DNA of 64,000 nt from an uncultured Acidobacteriota bacterium (GCA_963822445.1 CAWGHO010000003.1:1536001-1600000); one strand, 5' to 3'; numbered from the stretch's first letter, positions 30,371 to 40,848 are shown. The notes: generated by a model not told the origin, from the letters alone. A program made the numbers and translations.

Positions 30371-31569
30371 AGCGACTGGAGAAAGGCCAGTAGCCTTGCC
30401 CGGTCGCCGGGACTCAGTTTTCGGAAGCGATCCTTCGCCGGGAACCCCTGTCCGTCGTGGGCGATGATCGCGTCTTCGATGGTGCGCGCGCTGTTGTCGT
30501 GAAGGAAGCCAGTGATGGCGCGCAGCCCCCACAGCGGCGGAGTGCGGAATTCATTGCCCGTTGCCGCGCCCTGCGGGATTCCGTCGCGGAGATCGTCCAT
30601 GTGGTGGAGGAGAAAATCGGAATACGGGTGATACGTGACCCGATCGAGCGCGCGGACCGGATGAGGTCCGGTCTGCAGCGTCGAGACATGACAGGAGTTG
30701 CAGCCGATCTGGTTGAACACCGCTTCGCCCGCGGTCACCTCCGCGGTGATCGGACCGCGCGGCGGCGCGGCCAGGAACATCATGAACTCGGTCAGCGCCC
30801 GGACCCCGCTCCCGTCGTCGTTCAGCCCCGGCGCGGGGTTGAAGCGGAGCTCCTCGCATCGTCCGGACGGGCAGTCCTCGTCCGGGAACTCCGGATTGGT
30901 GATCCCCATCTCGTTCAGATAGGCATCGCCGGCGAAGCGGAAGAGCGTCGGATTCTGATTTTTCCACCCGAACTTGCCGACGGTCTGCGTTCCAGCGGCC
31001 GGATTGTCGACCCAGGCGACGCGTCCAGCTGTTCCGTCGCCGCGCGCGGCCTGCTCAGCGGCCAGGGCGATGAAGGTGGAGTCCGGTGTCGCGTCGATGA
31101 GTCCGAGGCCGAAGAGAGGAATGGAACGGCGACTGGCGTTGATCGTCGCCTCGGGCGGCACCGCTTCGGCGCGATAGGTGTGGACGGCGCCGTCCATTTC
31201 CCCGATCGATCGCCTCGAGATGATCGGTCCTCCGAGGTGTTTCAGCGGATCGAACTGGTTGTTTGTGATCGTGCCGATCCTCGTTTCGACTCCCCCGCTC
31301 GCTCCGCCAGTGGCTGGACGGTTGTGGCAGGAAGCGCAGAAGGCAGCGTTGAAGACCGGACCGAGGCCGTTGTCGACGCGCCGCACGCGAAGAAACTCCT
31401 CCCGCCCTGCCACGAAGCGTTCGAGCTGTCCGCGCGTCAGGCCGGGAAGGGGCTTGCCGAACTCGGCGACGGGGTCGGGGCCGCTGGCGCCTGCCTGACG
31501 GCGACGCTGACCGGGAAGCGAGGGCGACAGCAGGCAACAAAGGACGGCGAAGGCGACGAAGCGCTTCAT
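30367..31569 (-). CDS. Di-heme oxidoreductase (DHOR) family protein, exported
   Basis: GLGPVFNAAFCASCH, GKFGWK, AYLNEMG, GCNSCH, FRTPPLWG, LHDNSARTIEDAI; AAGGAG SD. Confidence 0.88.
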   Translation of the reverse strand: MKRFVAFAVLCCLLSPSLPGQRRRQAGASGPDPVAEFGKPLPGLTRGQLERFVAGREEFLRVRRVDNGLGPVFNAAFCASCHNRPATGGASGGVETRIGTITNNQFDPLKHLGGPIISRRSIGEMDGAVHTYRAEAVPPEATINASRRSIPLFGLGLIDATPDSTFIALAAEQAARGDGTAGRVAWVDNPAAGTQTVGKFGWKNQNPTLFRFAGDAYLNEMGITNPEFPDEDCPSGRCEELRFNPAPGLNDDGSGVRALTEFMMFLAAPPRGPITAEVTAGEAVFNQIGCNSCHVSTLQTGPHPVRALDRVTYHPYSDFLLHHMDDLRDGIPQGAATGNEFRTPPLWGLRAITGFLHDNSARTIEDAIIAHDGQGFPAKDRFRKLSPGDRARLLAFLQSL

Positions 31570-31776
31570 GCGGACACTCCTTTTTGGTGACAGCCGGATT
31601 GTACGGACACTCGGGGAGAAGGCAAACCGAGCCGGACGCTCTCGTTTCCGAACGGTTACGCTGCGGCCTGGCTCCCGGGACCGGGTGTAGGATGCGCATT
31701 GCACCTCAGGGGGAATGGTAGGGGGCCGGGGGTCGCGTTTTCCTGGTCGTCGGCTTTTAACAATCGGAGGAGGTTT

Positions 31777-33546
31777 ATGCGCCGGTTTCGAACGTTAGCC
31801 ATCGCGGTCGTCGTATTCGCCGCCGCTGCGCCAGCTCGATCCGAAACGCCGGTCCCGCCGGTTCTCGAAGTTCTGGGGACAGTTACCAACGCCGCCCGCC
31901 CCGTTGCCAACGCCCTCGTCATCGCGCTCAATCTTCAGGATTTCGCCGCCTCCCAGGCCTGGACCGCGAGCGACGGCACGTTCAACCTTCCCACCCTTCG
32001 CGGCGGCATCTACAAGATCATCGCCGTCAAACAAGGCTTCATCCCCGCCATTCAGACTCTCGTTCCGACCGGCGCGAAACACAAGCTCGCGCTGAAGCTG
32101 GAGAACGAAGGCAAGCAGAAAAAGAGCACCGCCAATCAGGAAATCTGGGAGCTTCGCGGCTCGCTGCCGCCGGATGTTCTTCGCGATCTCGACAACGTTC
32201 TGCAGCCGGCGGAGATCGCGTCCTACGAGGTGCCGCGCTTCCGCGGCGAGATGCTCTCGCTGACCGGCCTCGTGAACCAGGCCGCGGACCCCGCATTCGC
32301 CCAGACAGCCCTCGGCGTTCACGGCCGCATCGGCGACAACTGGCAGGTCGGCATCAGCGGCAACATGCAGCGCTTCGAAGATGCGACCGACGGCGTTTCC
32401 TTCGGTACTCCGCTCGCCGAGTCGAGCGTGATGTCGATGGAGCTCCGCTCGTCGCCGACGCAGTCGTATCGCGTGGCCTCGACCAAGAGCTCGTGGCGTT
32501 ACGTCGACGCGGAGCGCGAGGGTGGCGGCCTGGCCGACGTGCGCGCGCACAACTTCGAGTGGCAGAGCGGTCCGTCGAAGGTCGAGGTCCGCTACTTCCA
32601 GCAGCAGAATCTTTTCCACGATGCCTCGAACGTCATCGAGATCGCCGGCGAATCGACCATCCTGCAAACCCGCCGCAATGACCTCGGCGTCTCGCTGCGC
32701 GTGACTCAGGAAACGGTCGGGTCGACGTCAGACGCGCTTCGCGTAGCCGACCTGACGGCCAATGGTTCGGTGAGCGTGGTCCCGTCGCTGATCCTGCACT
32801 ACGGCATGTCCAGCCGTCTGCGGGTCGATGGTCAGGACTGGGCGCCTCGCACCGGCGCCGAGTGGAAGATCACCGAGAACACCTCGATCGTGGGCTCGGG
32901 TCTGTACAAGATCATCGATCACGACGCGACGCGCTTCACGCTGCCGAGCCTCGTTTTCTGGACCGAGGACACGCGTGTGTTGCCGCGGTACCTGTACACG
33001 TTCGGCGTCGTGCATGACGTCGATGGCAAGTCGCGGTTGTCCGCCATTGCCACGGTCTCCGAGACCGACGAGCCACTGCGGATGGTGTTCGGCAACGGCT
33101 ACGACCAGTTCTGGGACGGCCTGTACATCGAGGCCGGCGACATCCGCAAAGACGTGCGCGTGGCGTATCGCAAAGAGTTCGGCAATCGTCTGGCGATCGA
33201 CGTCGCGACCAGCGCCGGCACGGCCGCCCATCGCGACATCACCGAAACGAGCGTGGGCACGAAGACCTACGTGACAGGCGATCTGCAGTCGACCTTCAGC
33301 CCGACGCGGACGACCCTCGCGGTGTCGTATCGCGAGATCCAGCAGCCCCGCGACGATCAGGAAGAGGACTACCGCACCGAGCGCATCAACGTGCGCATGG
33401 CCCAGTCGCTCTACCTGCCCGTCGACCTGAAACTGCTGATCGGCCTCGAGCTCGCGCGCGCCGAGAACTCCCCGTACCTCATCGACACGCTCACCCCGCA
33501 GGGGCGCTCGAAGAAGTATCTGGGCGGGTTGGCGTTGAACTTCTGA
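31777..33546 (+). CDS. Carboxypeptidase-regulatory-like domain plus outer-membrane beta-barrel protein
   Basis: GGAGG SD, signal, GTVTNAARPVANALV...DGTF..GIYKIIAVKQGF; C-terminal GLALNF. Confidence 0.7.
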   Translation: MRRFRTLAIAVVVFAAAAPARSETPVPPVLEVLGTVTNAARPVANALVIALNLQDFAASQAWTASDGTFNLPTLRGGIYKIIAVKQGFIPAIQTLVPTGAKHKLALKLENEGKQKKSTANQEIWELRGSLPPDVLRDLDNVLQPAEIASYEVPRFRGEMLSLTGLVNQAADPAFAQTALGVHGRIGDNWQVGISGNMQRFEDATDGVSFGTPLAESSVMSMELRSSPTQSYRVASTKSSWRYVDAEREGGGLADVRAHNFEWQSGPSKVEVRYFQQQNLFHDASNVIEIAGESTILQTRRNDLGVSLRVTQETVGSTSDALRVADLTANGSVSVVPSLILHYGMSSRLRVDGQDWAPRTGAEWKITENTSIVGSGLYKIIDHDATRFTLPSLVFWTEDTRVLPRYLYTFGVVHDVDGKSRLSAIATVSETDEPLRMVFGNGYDQFWDGLYIEAGDIRKDVRVAYRKEFGNRLAIDVATSAGTAAHRDITETSVGTKTYVTGDLQSTFSPTRTTLAVSYREIQQPRDDQEEDYRTERINVRMAQSLYLPVDLKLLIGLELARAENSPYLIDTLTPQGRSKKYLGGLALNF

Positions 33547-34088
33547 AGCCAAGCAAATCCGACCTCGCCGCCGCGTACGGCAAGACCCTGCCGGACGTCA
33601 TCGCTCCGAACCTCGACGTCCTCTTCTGCGGCATCAATCCCGGTCTCTACACCGCGGCGATCGGCTGTCATTTCGGGCGCCCCGGTAATCGCTTCTGGCC
33701 GACGATTCACCGCGCCGGATTCACGCCGCGGCTCTTTTCACCGCAGGAGCAGCACGAGCTCCTGAAGCACGGGTGCGGGATCACGAACATGGTCGCCCGC
33801 GCGACCGCGGCGGCGGATGAGCTCACGCCAGAGGAGCTGATCGAGGGAGGCAAGCAGCTCGCGAAGACGGTGAAGCGCTACAAGCCGAAATACCTCGCCG
33901 TGGTCGGAATCGGCGCTTATCGCACGGCGTTCGCGCGGCCGAAGGCGAAGCTGGGATTGCAGGACGAGACCATCGGCGACACGAAAATCTGGGTCTTGCC
34001 GAATCCGAGCGGGTTGAACGCGAACTATCAGGCGCCCGAGCTGGTGGAGCTGTTTCGCGCGCTCGCTACTGCTGCCCGCCGCTCATGA
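33543..34088 (+). CDS. mug: G/U mismatch-specific DNA glycosylase
   Basis: Frame extends upstream of ORF-track start: LPDVIAPNLDVLFCGINPGLY..HFGRPGNRFW...LPNPSGLNA; probable CTG start overlapping previous TGA. Confidence 0.9.
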   Translation: MKPSKSDLAAAYGKTLPDVIAPNLDVLFCGINPGLYTAAIGCHFGRPGNRFWPTIHRAGFTPRLFSPQEQHELLKHGCGITNMVARATAAADELTPEELIEGGKQLAKTVKRYKPKYLAVVGIGAYRTAFARPKAKLGLQDETIGDTKIWVLPNPSGLNANYQAPELVELFRALATAARRS

Positions 34089-35064
34089 ATCCGGGGCGGA
34101 TCTCTTCGACCAGCTTCGCGAAGCGGTACGACAGCCCTTTCGTGATCACGATCTGCTTGAGGTAGTTGAGCGACGTGATCGCCGCGGGGATCCCGGAGAT
34201 CGCGGTTGGAATCGACGCCAGCCGGCCGGCGAGCTGAATGGTCTTGTCGATCGTCGAGTAGCTCGTCGATCGCAGATCCGCTCCCATCTCGCTCTGGTAG
34301 GCCATGGTCAGCAGGTAAATGTCGGCGACCAGCTCGCGGAAGCGCATCTCGCTGCCCCAGGCGAAGCAGTTGCCGGCGCGGACGTTGTCGAGGAACTCCT
34401 GCACGGTCTCGCCCTTCGACACGGTATGCACCTTCGCCACGTGCTTGAGCGTGTGCGCGTCCGAGCCGCCAACCATCGAAACGTGCTTGCCGTGCTCCTC
34501 TTTCACATGCTGCACGAGCTGCTGGACCATCTTGTTGTGGAACGACGCCATGGCCCCGTTCACCACTTCGTAGATGTCGAACATTTCCAGCAACTCGGCG
34601 ATGTAGCGGCCGGCCACGTTCTTCATCCGATAGTTCTGGAAGAGGTGGTTGATGCCGAAGAGCATCTGCTGCGACTTCATGTAGGGGATCAGCTCGCGGA
34701 TGTTCGGGCGGAGACGCTGGATCTCGCGATGCTGCTCCTCGTTCAGCCCCCAGACGCCGATATGGATGCGCTGGCCGGTCTCCGGAAAATAGGTCTCGAC
34801 CTCTTCGCCGATGAAGAAGTCCGTCATGTCCGGGTACTTGTTTAAAAGGTAGAGTGCGCCATCGATCGAGTCGTGATCGGTGAGGGTGACGTAGGACATC
34901 CCCCGTTCTTTGGCGAGCCGGTAGACGTCCTCGGGCGGGTTGTAGCAGTCCCGAGTATTGGCGCGGCGGAAGTATTTGAAGACCGAAAAGCGGCTGTGGC
35001 AGTGCAGATCGGCACGCTTCAGCGTCGGATCGGCAAATGCATCCGACGTTGTGGTTTCAATCAT
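34066..35064 (-). CDS. PHP-domain phosphoesterase-like protein
   Basis: DLHCHS, TLTDHDS, GEEV, GGSDAH; start uncertain (35064 or 35097). Confidence 0.82.
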   Translation of the reverse strand: MIETTTSDAFADPTLKRADLHCHSRFSVFKYFRRANTRDCYNPPEDVYRLAKERGMSYVTLTDHDSIDGALYLLNKYPDMTDFFIGEEVETYFPETGQRIHIGVWGLNEEQHREIQRLRPNIRELIPYMKSQQMLFGINHLFQNYRMKNVAGRYIAELLEMFDIYEVVNGAMASFHNKMVQQLVQHVKEEHGKHVSMVGGSDAHTLKHVAKVHTVSKGETVQEFLDNVRAGNCFAWGSEMRFRELVADIYLLTMAYQSEMGADLRSTSYSTIDKTIQLAGRLASIPTAISGIPAAITSLNYLKQIVITKGLSYRFAKLVEEIRPGFMSGGQQ

Positions 35065-35185
35065 CTGGCCGGCCGCTTGATCAGGAACATTGTTCATCCG
35101 AGGGGCATTTTCTACAATTCGCGTGCCCCCGCACAGAAAATTGCAAATGCCTCCATCGCAAAGAGCTAAACCAACTCCGAACAAC

Positions 35186-37639
35186 ATGCAGCACGACTGG
35201 GTCGACCTCGAGGTCCCCAGCCGCCTGCCGGTCATCCCGCTGGTCTCGTCCGTCCTCTTTCCGGGCGGCGTGCTTTCGCTGCAGGTGGGGATCGACCGCA
35301 ACGTCCGCCTGCTGAAGAGCCTCCCCGACGATCAGAACCTCATCGCCGCCTTCTGCCAGAAGACCGGCGACAAGGAAAACCCGCGGCCGGAAGACCTCGC
35401 GCCGGTGGGCGTGCTCGCCGCGATCGTGCAGCGCCTTCCGCTCTCCGCGGACCGTTACCAGCTCTTTCTGCAGGGGCGGCAGCGCGTCGAGCTCGTGCAG
35501 ATGCTGCAGAACGAGCCTTACTTCGAAGCGCAGCTGCGCGAGCTCGCGCCGAAGCCGATCTCGAAAGGCGTCAAGACCGATCAGCTCATGAACAAGGCCA
35601 TGTCCCTGTTCGAGAAGCTGGTCGAAAGTGACTCGAAGTACTCGAACGAACTCCTGAACATCCTGCGGATGAACATGGCCGAGGGGCCGGACACGTTCGC
35701 CGATCTGCTGTCGTCGTTCGTCAACTTCCCGCTCGAAGAGAAACAGCTCCTGCTCGAAACGGTGAATCCGATCGAGCGCATCGAGTTGCTGATCGACTAC
35801 ATCCAGCGCGACCTCGGACGAGCGACCGTCGATCGCGAGCTCCAGCGCCAGATTCAGACGTCCATCGATCGCCGCGATCGCGAGAACTACCTGCGCGAGC
35901 AGATGCGGATCATCCAGGACGAGCTGGGGGAGACCAACGCCGCCGAACGCGAGGCCGACACCTATCGCGATCGCATCGAAGCGCTACCGGTCGCTGAAGA
36001 GCACAAACAGTCGCTGCGGCGCGAGGTCACGCGCATGGGGCAGCTCTCGCAGTCCTCATCCGACTACGCCGTGATCAAAGGCCATCTCGACACCGTCCTG
36101 CAGGTTCCCTGGACGGCGCACACGGAAGACCGGCTCGATCTGAACAAGGCCGAGGAGATCCTCGACCAGCGGCATCACGGTCTGGAGAAGGTCAAGGAGC
36201 GCGTCCTCGAGTTCCTGGCCGTGCTCAAGCTGAAGGGCGATCTCAAAGGACCGATCCTCTGCTTCGTCGGACCTCCCGGCGTCGGCAAGACCTCGCTCGG
36301 ATCCGCCATCGCCGACTCGCTCGGCCGCAAATTCGTGCGCATGGCCGTCGGCGGCGTGACCGACGAGTCGGAGATTCGCGGGCATCGCAAGACCTACATC
36401 GGCGCGATGCCCGGGAAACTGATCAACAGCTACATCCAGGTCGGCGTGAACAACCCGCTGATCATGATCGACGAGATCGACAAGATCGGAAAAGACTTCC
36501 GCGGCGATCCGGCGTCGGCGCTGCTCGAAGTGCTCGATCCCAAACAGAACCACGCCTTCGTCGATCGCTACCTCGAGATTCCGTACGACCTCTCGCACAC
36601 GCTGTTCATCTGCACCGCGAACGTGCTGGACATGATTCCCAGCCCGCTTCGCGACCGCATGGAAGTGATCCGTCTCTCCGGCTACACCGAGAACGAGAAA
36701 CTGGCCATCGCCACCAAACACCTCATCCCCGAGCTCCTCGAGAATCACGGACTCGGGCCGGAGCAGGTGACCATCGAGAACGACGCGATCTCGACCATCG
36801 TCCGCGACTACACCGCCGAGTCGGGCGTGCGCAATCTCGAGCGGAATCTGGCGACGGTGCTGCGGAAGATCGCGCGCAAAGTCGCCAGCGACGACGCCGT
36901 CGCAACGCAGACCTACGAGGTCAAAAAAGACGACATCGAGACCTACCTCGGCCTCGCCAAGTTCGAACACGAATTCGCGGAGCGGCATCCGGAGATCGGC
37001 GTGACCACCGGTCTGGCCTGGACGCAGTTCGGCGGCGAGATCATGTTCATCGAGGCCACGCGCATGCCCGGCAGCGGCCGCACCACTGTCACCGGCCAGC
37101 TCGGCGACGTCATGCGCGAGTCGGTCACCGCGGCCTACTCCTACGTCCGCTCGCGCGCCCACGACCTCGGCATCGACGACAGCAAGTTCACCGACGCCGA
37201 CATCCACATCCACTTCCCGGCCGGCGCGATTCCGAAAGACGGGCCGTCCGCCGGTGTCGCCATCGCCACCTGCATCGCTTCGGTGATGGGAGAGCGTCCC
37301 GTGCGCCACGACGTGGCCATGAGCGGCGAGATCACCCTCCGCGGCAAGGTCCTCTCCGTCGGCGGCATCAAGGAAAAGGTGATGGCCGCGCACCGCGCGA
37401 ACATCAAGACCGTCCTCCTGCCCGAAGGCAACCGCAAGGACCTGCAGGAAGTGCCGGAGGAGACCAAGGGCGCGCTGAAGTTCCTCTTCGCCGAGCGCGT
37501 CGAGGACGTCTGGAAAGAGGCCCTCATTCCGCTGTACGTGGTCAAGGATCACGACCGCAAGTACGACCGCGCCGAGTACGACAAGGAGTTCACCGCCGAA
37601 CAGCAGAAGGAAGAGCGGGAGCGGGCCGACCGGCGATGA
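35186..37639 (+). CDS. lon: ATP-dependent Lon protease
   Basis: LON N-domain, [37 protein letters not shown]. Confidence 0.97.
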   Translation: MQHDWVDLEVPSRLPVIPLVSSVLFPGGVLSLQVGIDRNVRLLKSLPDDQNLIAAFCQKTGDKENPRPEDLAPVGVLAAIVQRLPLSADRYQLFLQGRQRVELVQMLQNEPYFEAQLRELAPKPISKGVKTDQLMNKAMSLFEKLVESDSKYSNELLNILRMNMAEGPDTFADLLSSFVNFPLEEKQLLLETVNPIERIELLIDYIQRDLGRATVDRELQRQIQTSIDRRDRENYLREQMRIIQDELGETNAAEREADTYRDRIEALPVAEEHKQSLRREVTRMGQLSQSSSDYAVIKGHLDTVLQVPWTAHTEDRLDLNKAEEILDQRHHGLEKVKERVLEFLAVLKLKGDLKGPILCFVGPPGVGKTSLGSAIADSLGRKFVRMAVGGVTDESEIRGHRKTYIGAMPGKLINSYIQVGVNNPLIMIDEIDKIGKDFRGDPASALLEVLDPKQNHAFVDRYLEIPYDLSHTLFICTANVLDMIPSPLRDRMEVIRLSGYTENEKLAIATKHLIPELLENHGLGPEQVTIENDAISTIVRDYTAESGVRNLERNLATVLRKIARKVASDDAVATQTYEVKKDDIETYLGLAKFEHEFAERHPEIGVTTGLAWTQFGGEIMFIEATRMPGSGRTTVTGQLGDVMRESVTAAYSYVRSRAHDLGIDDSKFTDADIHIHFPAGAIPKDGPSAGVAIATCIASVMGERPVRHDVAMSGEITLRGKVLSVGGIKEKVMAAHRANIKTVLLPEGNRKDLQEVPEETKGALKFLFAERVEDVWKEALIPLYVVKDHDRKYDRAEYDKEFTAEQQKEERERADRR

Positions 37640-37653
37640 GGGAGAGCTTTCAG

Positions 37654-37798
37654 AGTTTATCCCGCGCGAAGACGCGGGATCTCCGGTTACACCGGGTCCC
37701 TCAAGCCGTTGGGGAGGAACGCAGCCCCGCGGTTTCGTTTCATCGCGAAATCCACGTTCGTGCACGAAGAGATCCCGCGTCTACGCGCGGGATAAACT
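37654..37798. repeat. REPIN/MITE-like inverted doublet, family B
   Basis: Arms near-identical to 25423-25529 around a longer, different spacer. Confidence 0.92.
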
Positions 37799-37823
37799 TC
37801 TCGCGCAGGATGAACTGCGGCAA

Positions 37824-38591
37824 ATGAGGCGGGGCGGCTGTTTCGGCACTCTTCTGTTTGGCGCGCTTCTCCTCCTTGCGTTCGGCGGCAGCAGCTATTT
37901 CTGGTTCACCTACTTCGTGAAGGGGCGCTCGCTGCCGACGCCGAATCTCATCGGCAGATCGGTGGCCCAGGCCCGCGCGATCACCGCCGATCTCGGGGTT
38001 GAGCTCATCGTCGACGAGGAGCATCGCCGCAACGCCGACAACGTTCCCGTCGGCCACATGGTCTGGCAGAACCGGTCCCCGGGCGCGACCAGCTTCATCA
38101 AGCGCGGCAGCACGATCAAAGTCGAGCTCAGCGCCGGTCCGCTGGTCATTCGCGTCCCCGACCTGGCCGGATCGACCGCCGGCACGGGCATGCTCCGCCT
38201 TGGCCAGCAGAATCTGAAGCCGAACCATCTCGCCTACGTCGGCACCATCGCCACGGGCATCCTCGGCGCGGATCCTCCGAAAGAAACCGTCGTTCCTCCC
38301 CAGACCGCGGTCTCGCTGCTGGTGTCGGTTCCGCCGCTCCCGCCGCAATACGTGATGCCCGATCTGATCGACCGCCCGCTGGACCGCGTGCGGCCGTCGC
38401 TCGAAGCGCGTGGGCTCACCGTTTCGACGGTGAAGTTCGAGGCCTACCCGGGAATCGCGGATGGCATAATCATCCGCCAGTACCCGCTCCGCGGCGCACC
38501 GGTGAGCAGCCGCGATCCGATCTCCGTAGTCGTGTCGCGCCAGGAAGAAACCAGCATCATCGAGGGAGCGCCGCCGCCGCCCGCGCCCTGA
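37824..38591 (+). CDS. PASTA-domain membrane protein without kinase domain
   Basis: N-terminal TM; three PASTA-like units (TPNLIG, VPDLAG, MPDLID; IIRQYP..G). Confidence 0.85.
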   Translation: MRRGGCFGTLLFGALLLLAFGGSSYFWFTYFVKGRSLPTPNLIGRSVAQARAITADLGVELIVDEEHRRNADNVPVGHMVWQNRSPGATSFIKRGSTIKVELSAGPLVIRVPDLAGSTAGTGMLRLGQQNLKPNHLAYVGTIATGILGADPPKETVVPPQTAVSLLVSVPPLPPQYVMPDLIDRPLDRVRPSLEARGLTVSTVKFEAYPGIADGIIIRQYPLRGAPVSSRDPISVVVSRQEETSIIEGAPPPPAP

Positions 38592-38600
38592 CCAGAACGA

Positions 38601-39278
38601 ATGATCCGCATCGCCCCATCACTGCTTTCCGCGGACTTCTCCCGTCTCGACGAGGAGTTGAGGACCATCGACCCCGGCGCGGACGTCCTGCACCTCGACG
38701 TCATGGACGGCCATTTCGTCCCGAACATCACCATCGGCCCGCTGATCATCAAGGCCCTCCGTCCTCGCACGAAGCTGCCTTTCGACTGTCACCTGATGAT
38801 CGAGGAGCCGCAGAAGTACATCGGCGCGTTCCTCGACGCCGGGGCGGACATGATCTCGATTCACGTCGAGGCCGAGCCTCATCTCCAGCGCGCCCTGCAA
38901 CTGATCAGGGACGGGGGAGCGAAGGCCGGCATCGCCATCAACCCGGCCACGAGCGCCGAATCGCTGTCGGCGGCGATCGAGTTTTGCGACTACATCCTGG
39001 TCATGACCGTCAATCCCGGCTTCGGCGGGCAGAAGTTCATAGAACCTGTGGTGCCCAAGATCCGTCATATCTCCAGTCTCATTCGTGAGCGGGGTCTCCA
39101 GGTAGAAATCGAAGTCGACGGAGGAATCGACGCGAGGACGGCGCCCATCGTGGCGGCCGCCGGCGCGACGCTCCTCGTTGCGGGCTCAGCCGTTTTCGGA
39201 CAGCCGGACCGCACCAAGGCAATGGAAGCGATCAGAAACGCTGTTAGGGGCCAAAAGGCTGGGGTCCAAAAGGTATGA
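38601..39278 (+). CDS. rpe: Ribulose-phosphate 3-epimerase
   Basis: IAPSLLSADF, HLDVMDGHFVPN, MTVNPGFGGQ, EVDGG. Confidence 0.97.
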   Translation: MIRIAPSLLSADFSRLDEELRTIDPGADVLHLDVMDGHFVPNITIGPLIIKALRPRTKLPFDCHLMIEEPQKYIGAFLDAGADMISIHVEAEPHLQRALQLIRDGGAKAGIAINPATSAESLSAAIEFCDYILVMTVNPGFGGQKFIEPVVPKIRHISSLIRERGLQVEIEVDGGIDARTAPIVAAAGATLLVAGSAVFGQPDRTKAMEAIRNAVRGQKAGVQKV

Positions 39279-40072
39279 CCGGAGGTCGTTTGAAACTCAG
39301 AACCATCATCACGCTACTGGTGCTCGTCGCGTCGCTCGCGGCGTGCAAGAGCGGTATGCGCAGTCCGCGGCTCACCGTCGATCCGGAGCTGCTCGCGCTT
39401 TCGAAGGAAGAGGCGTATCAGCGCGGCGAAGAGCAGTTCGGCCGCCGCAAGTGGCAGCGCGCGCGCACCTATTACACCCACGTCTACGAGAACTACCCGA
39501 ACGACCCGCTCGGCCGCCGCAGCCTGCTGCGCATCGCCGACACGTACTACGAGCAGGGTGACGCGGTGAATCTCGTGGAAGCCCAGTACAAGTACCGCGA
39601 CTTCATCAATCGCTACCCGACCAGCGAACAGGCCGACTACGCGATGCTGCGGATCGCCATGTGCTCGTTCAAGCAGATGGAGAAGCCCGATCGCGATCAG
39701 CAGAAGACCCGCGAGGCCGTCGAGAAGTTCGACGACATGCTCAAGTCGTATCCGAAGAGCGCCCTGCGCGCGGAAGCGGAAGCGAAGAAGCAGGAAGCGC
39801 TCGACCGCCTGGCCAAGCACGAGCACATGGTCGCCCGCTACTACATCAAGCGAGGCAGCTACACCTCGGCACTCCAGCGTCTGAATTACCTCGTCGACAC
39901 CTATCCGAACTACGTCGACCGTGCGGGCGTCTTCTACGACCTCGGCACGTCGCTGTCGGAGATGGGACGGAACGGCGAGGCCCGGCTTTACTTCGAGCGC
40001 ATCGTCGCGGAGTTCCCGCAGAGCGAGTACGCCGACCGCGCGAAGCGCCGGCTCGAGACGACCAAAGCATGA
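39275..40072 (+). CDS. bamD: Outer membrane protein assembly factor BamD
   Basis: Lipobox LAAC, TPRs, FINRYPTS, DRDQQKTREA, LAKHEHMVARYY. Confidence 0.9.
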   Translation: MTGGRLKLRTIITLLVLVASLAACKSGMRSPRLTVDPELLALSKEEAYQRGEEQFGRRKWQRARTYYTHVYENYPNDPLGRRSLLRIADTYYEQGDAVNLVEAQYKYRDFINRYPTSEQADYAMLRIAMCSFKQMEKPDRDQQKTREAVEKFDDMLKSYPKSALRAEAEAKKQEALDRLAKHEHMVARYYIKRGSYTSALQRLNYLVDTYPNYVDRAGVFYDLGTSLSEMGRNGEARLYFERIVAEFPQSEYADRAKRRLETTKA

Positions 40073-40758
40073 GAAAGCTAGCCGCGGCGGCCCTTTTCTT
40101 CGCGGTGGCCTGCGCCTCGTCGGATGACGGACCGGCGCCGTCCTCTATGCCGCCGCAGGCTGCAGCCGATCCTCGTATCGGCGAGATGCAGACCCAGCTC
40201 ACCGAGCTGCTCGAGCGGATCGATGTCCTGAATCACCGCATTGCGCGGCTCGAGGAACCGGTTGTGCTGCAGGCTTCTGCCCCGCCTCCCGCTCCCGCCC
40301 GAGGCACGCCGGAGGCGCGCACCACACCGGTCCAGCCCTCGCCAGCTCCGCCGCAGCCCACGCAACCCGCGTTGGTGAGCGCGCAGATCGCCGGCGACTA
40401 TCGCCAGGCGATCGTTCTCTTCGGCCAGGGCAAGCTCGCCGATGCCCGCCGCGCCTTCCAGCAGGTTTATGAAGCCGAGGAGCAGGGCGATCTCGCCGAT
40501 AACGCGCTGTTCTGGATCGGCGAGACGTACTTTGCGGCGAAGGATTACGTGAACGCGACCCGCTTCTACATGCGCGTCACCACGGACTACGCCGACCAGA
40601 ACAAGGCCCCCGACGCGATGTTCAAGACCGCCCTCGCGCAGGAGCGCACCGGCGACCTGGCCCTCGCGCGCAGAACCCTGCAGCAGGTGATCGAGCGCTA
40701 TCCGTATTCGAGCTCGGCCTCCACCGCGAAGCAGGAGTTGCAGCGGATCAAGTACTAG
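40069..40758 (+). CDS. cpoB: Tol-Pal associated CpoB/YbgF TPR lipoprotein
   Basis: Lipobox AVAC, coiled coil, LADNALFWIGETY, KAPDAMFK, VIERYP. Confidence 0.85.
   Translation: MRKLAAAALFFAVACASSDDGPAPSSMPPQAAADPRIGEMQTQLTELLERIDVLNHRIARLEEPVVLQASAPPPAPARGTPEARTTPVQPSPAPPQPTQPALVSAQIAGDYRQAIVLFGQGKLADARRAFQQVYEAEEQGDLADNALFWIGETYFAAKDYVNATRFYMRVTTDYADQNKAPDAMFKTALAQERTGDLALARRTLQQVIERYPYSSSASTAKQELQRIKY
40260..40328. repeat. Decayed family A doublet embedded in frame in cpoB
   Basis: GCCGGAGGCGCGCACCACACC matches GCCGGAGGCCCGCATTACAC of the 6060-6090 arm; left arm TGTGCTGCAGGCTTCTGCC resembles TGTAGTGCAGGCCTCCCGGCC. Confidence 0.6.
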
Positions 40759-40848
40759 TAGGCGGTACGGCGCTTCGCGCCTCGCGGTAGGCGGTAGGCA
40801 GTGGAACCGCCTTACTCCTGCCTACCGCCTACTGCCTACTGCCTACTA
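40756..40848. repeat. Inverted heptamer array (GTAGGCR / YGCCTAC), family D
   Basis: Tandem GTAGGCG/GTAGGCA then CTGCCTA/CCGCCTA; internal GGCGCTTCGCGCC hairpin. Confidence 0.8.

Noticed and set aside
35125-35146. Sigma54 promoter upstream of lon (CCGCACAGAAAATTGC)
   Set aside because: Lacks the invariant GG, and the spacing to GC is off by one.
25423-37798. Family B repeat as a CRISPR repeat (length and GTTTATCCCGCG start look CRISPR-like)
   Set aside because: Copies are inverted pairs 12 kb apart, not a direct-repeat/spacer array, and no cas genes are present.
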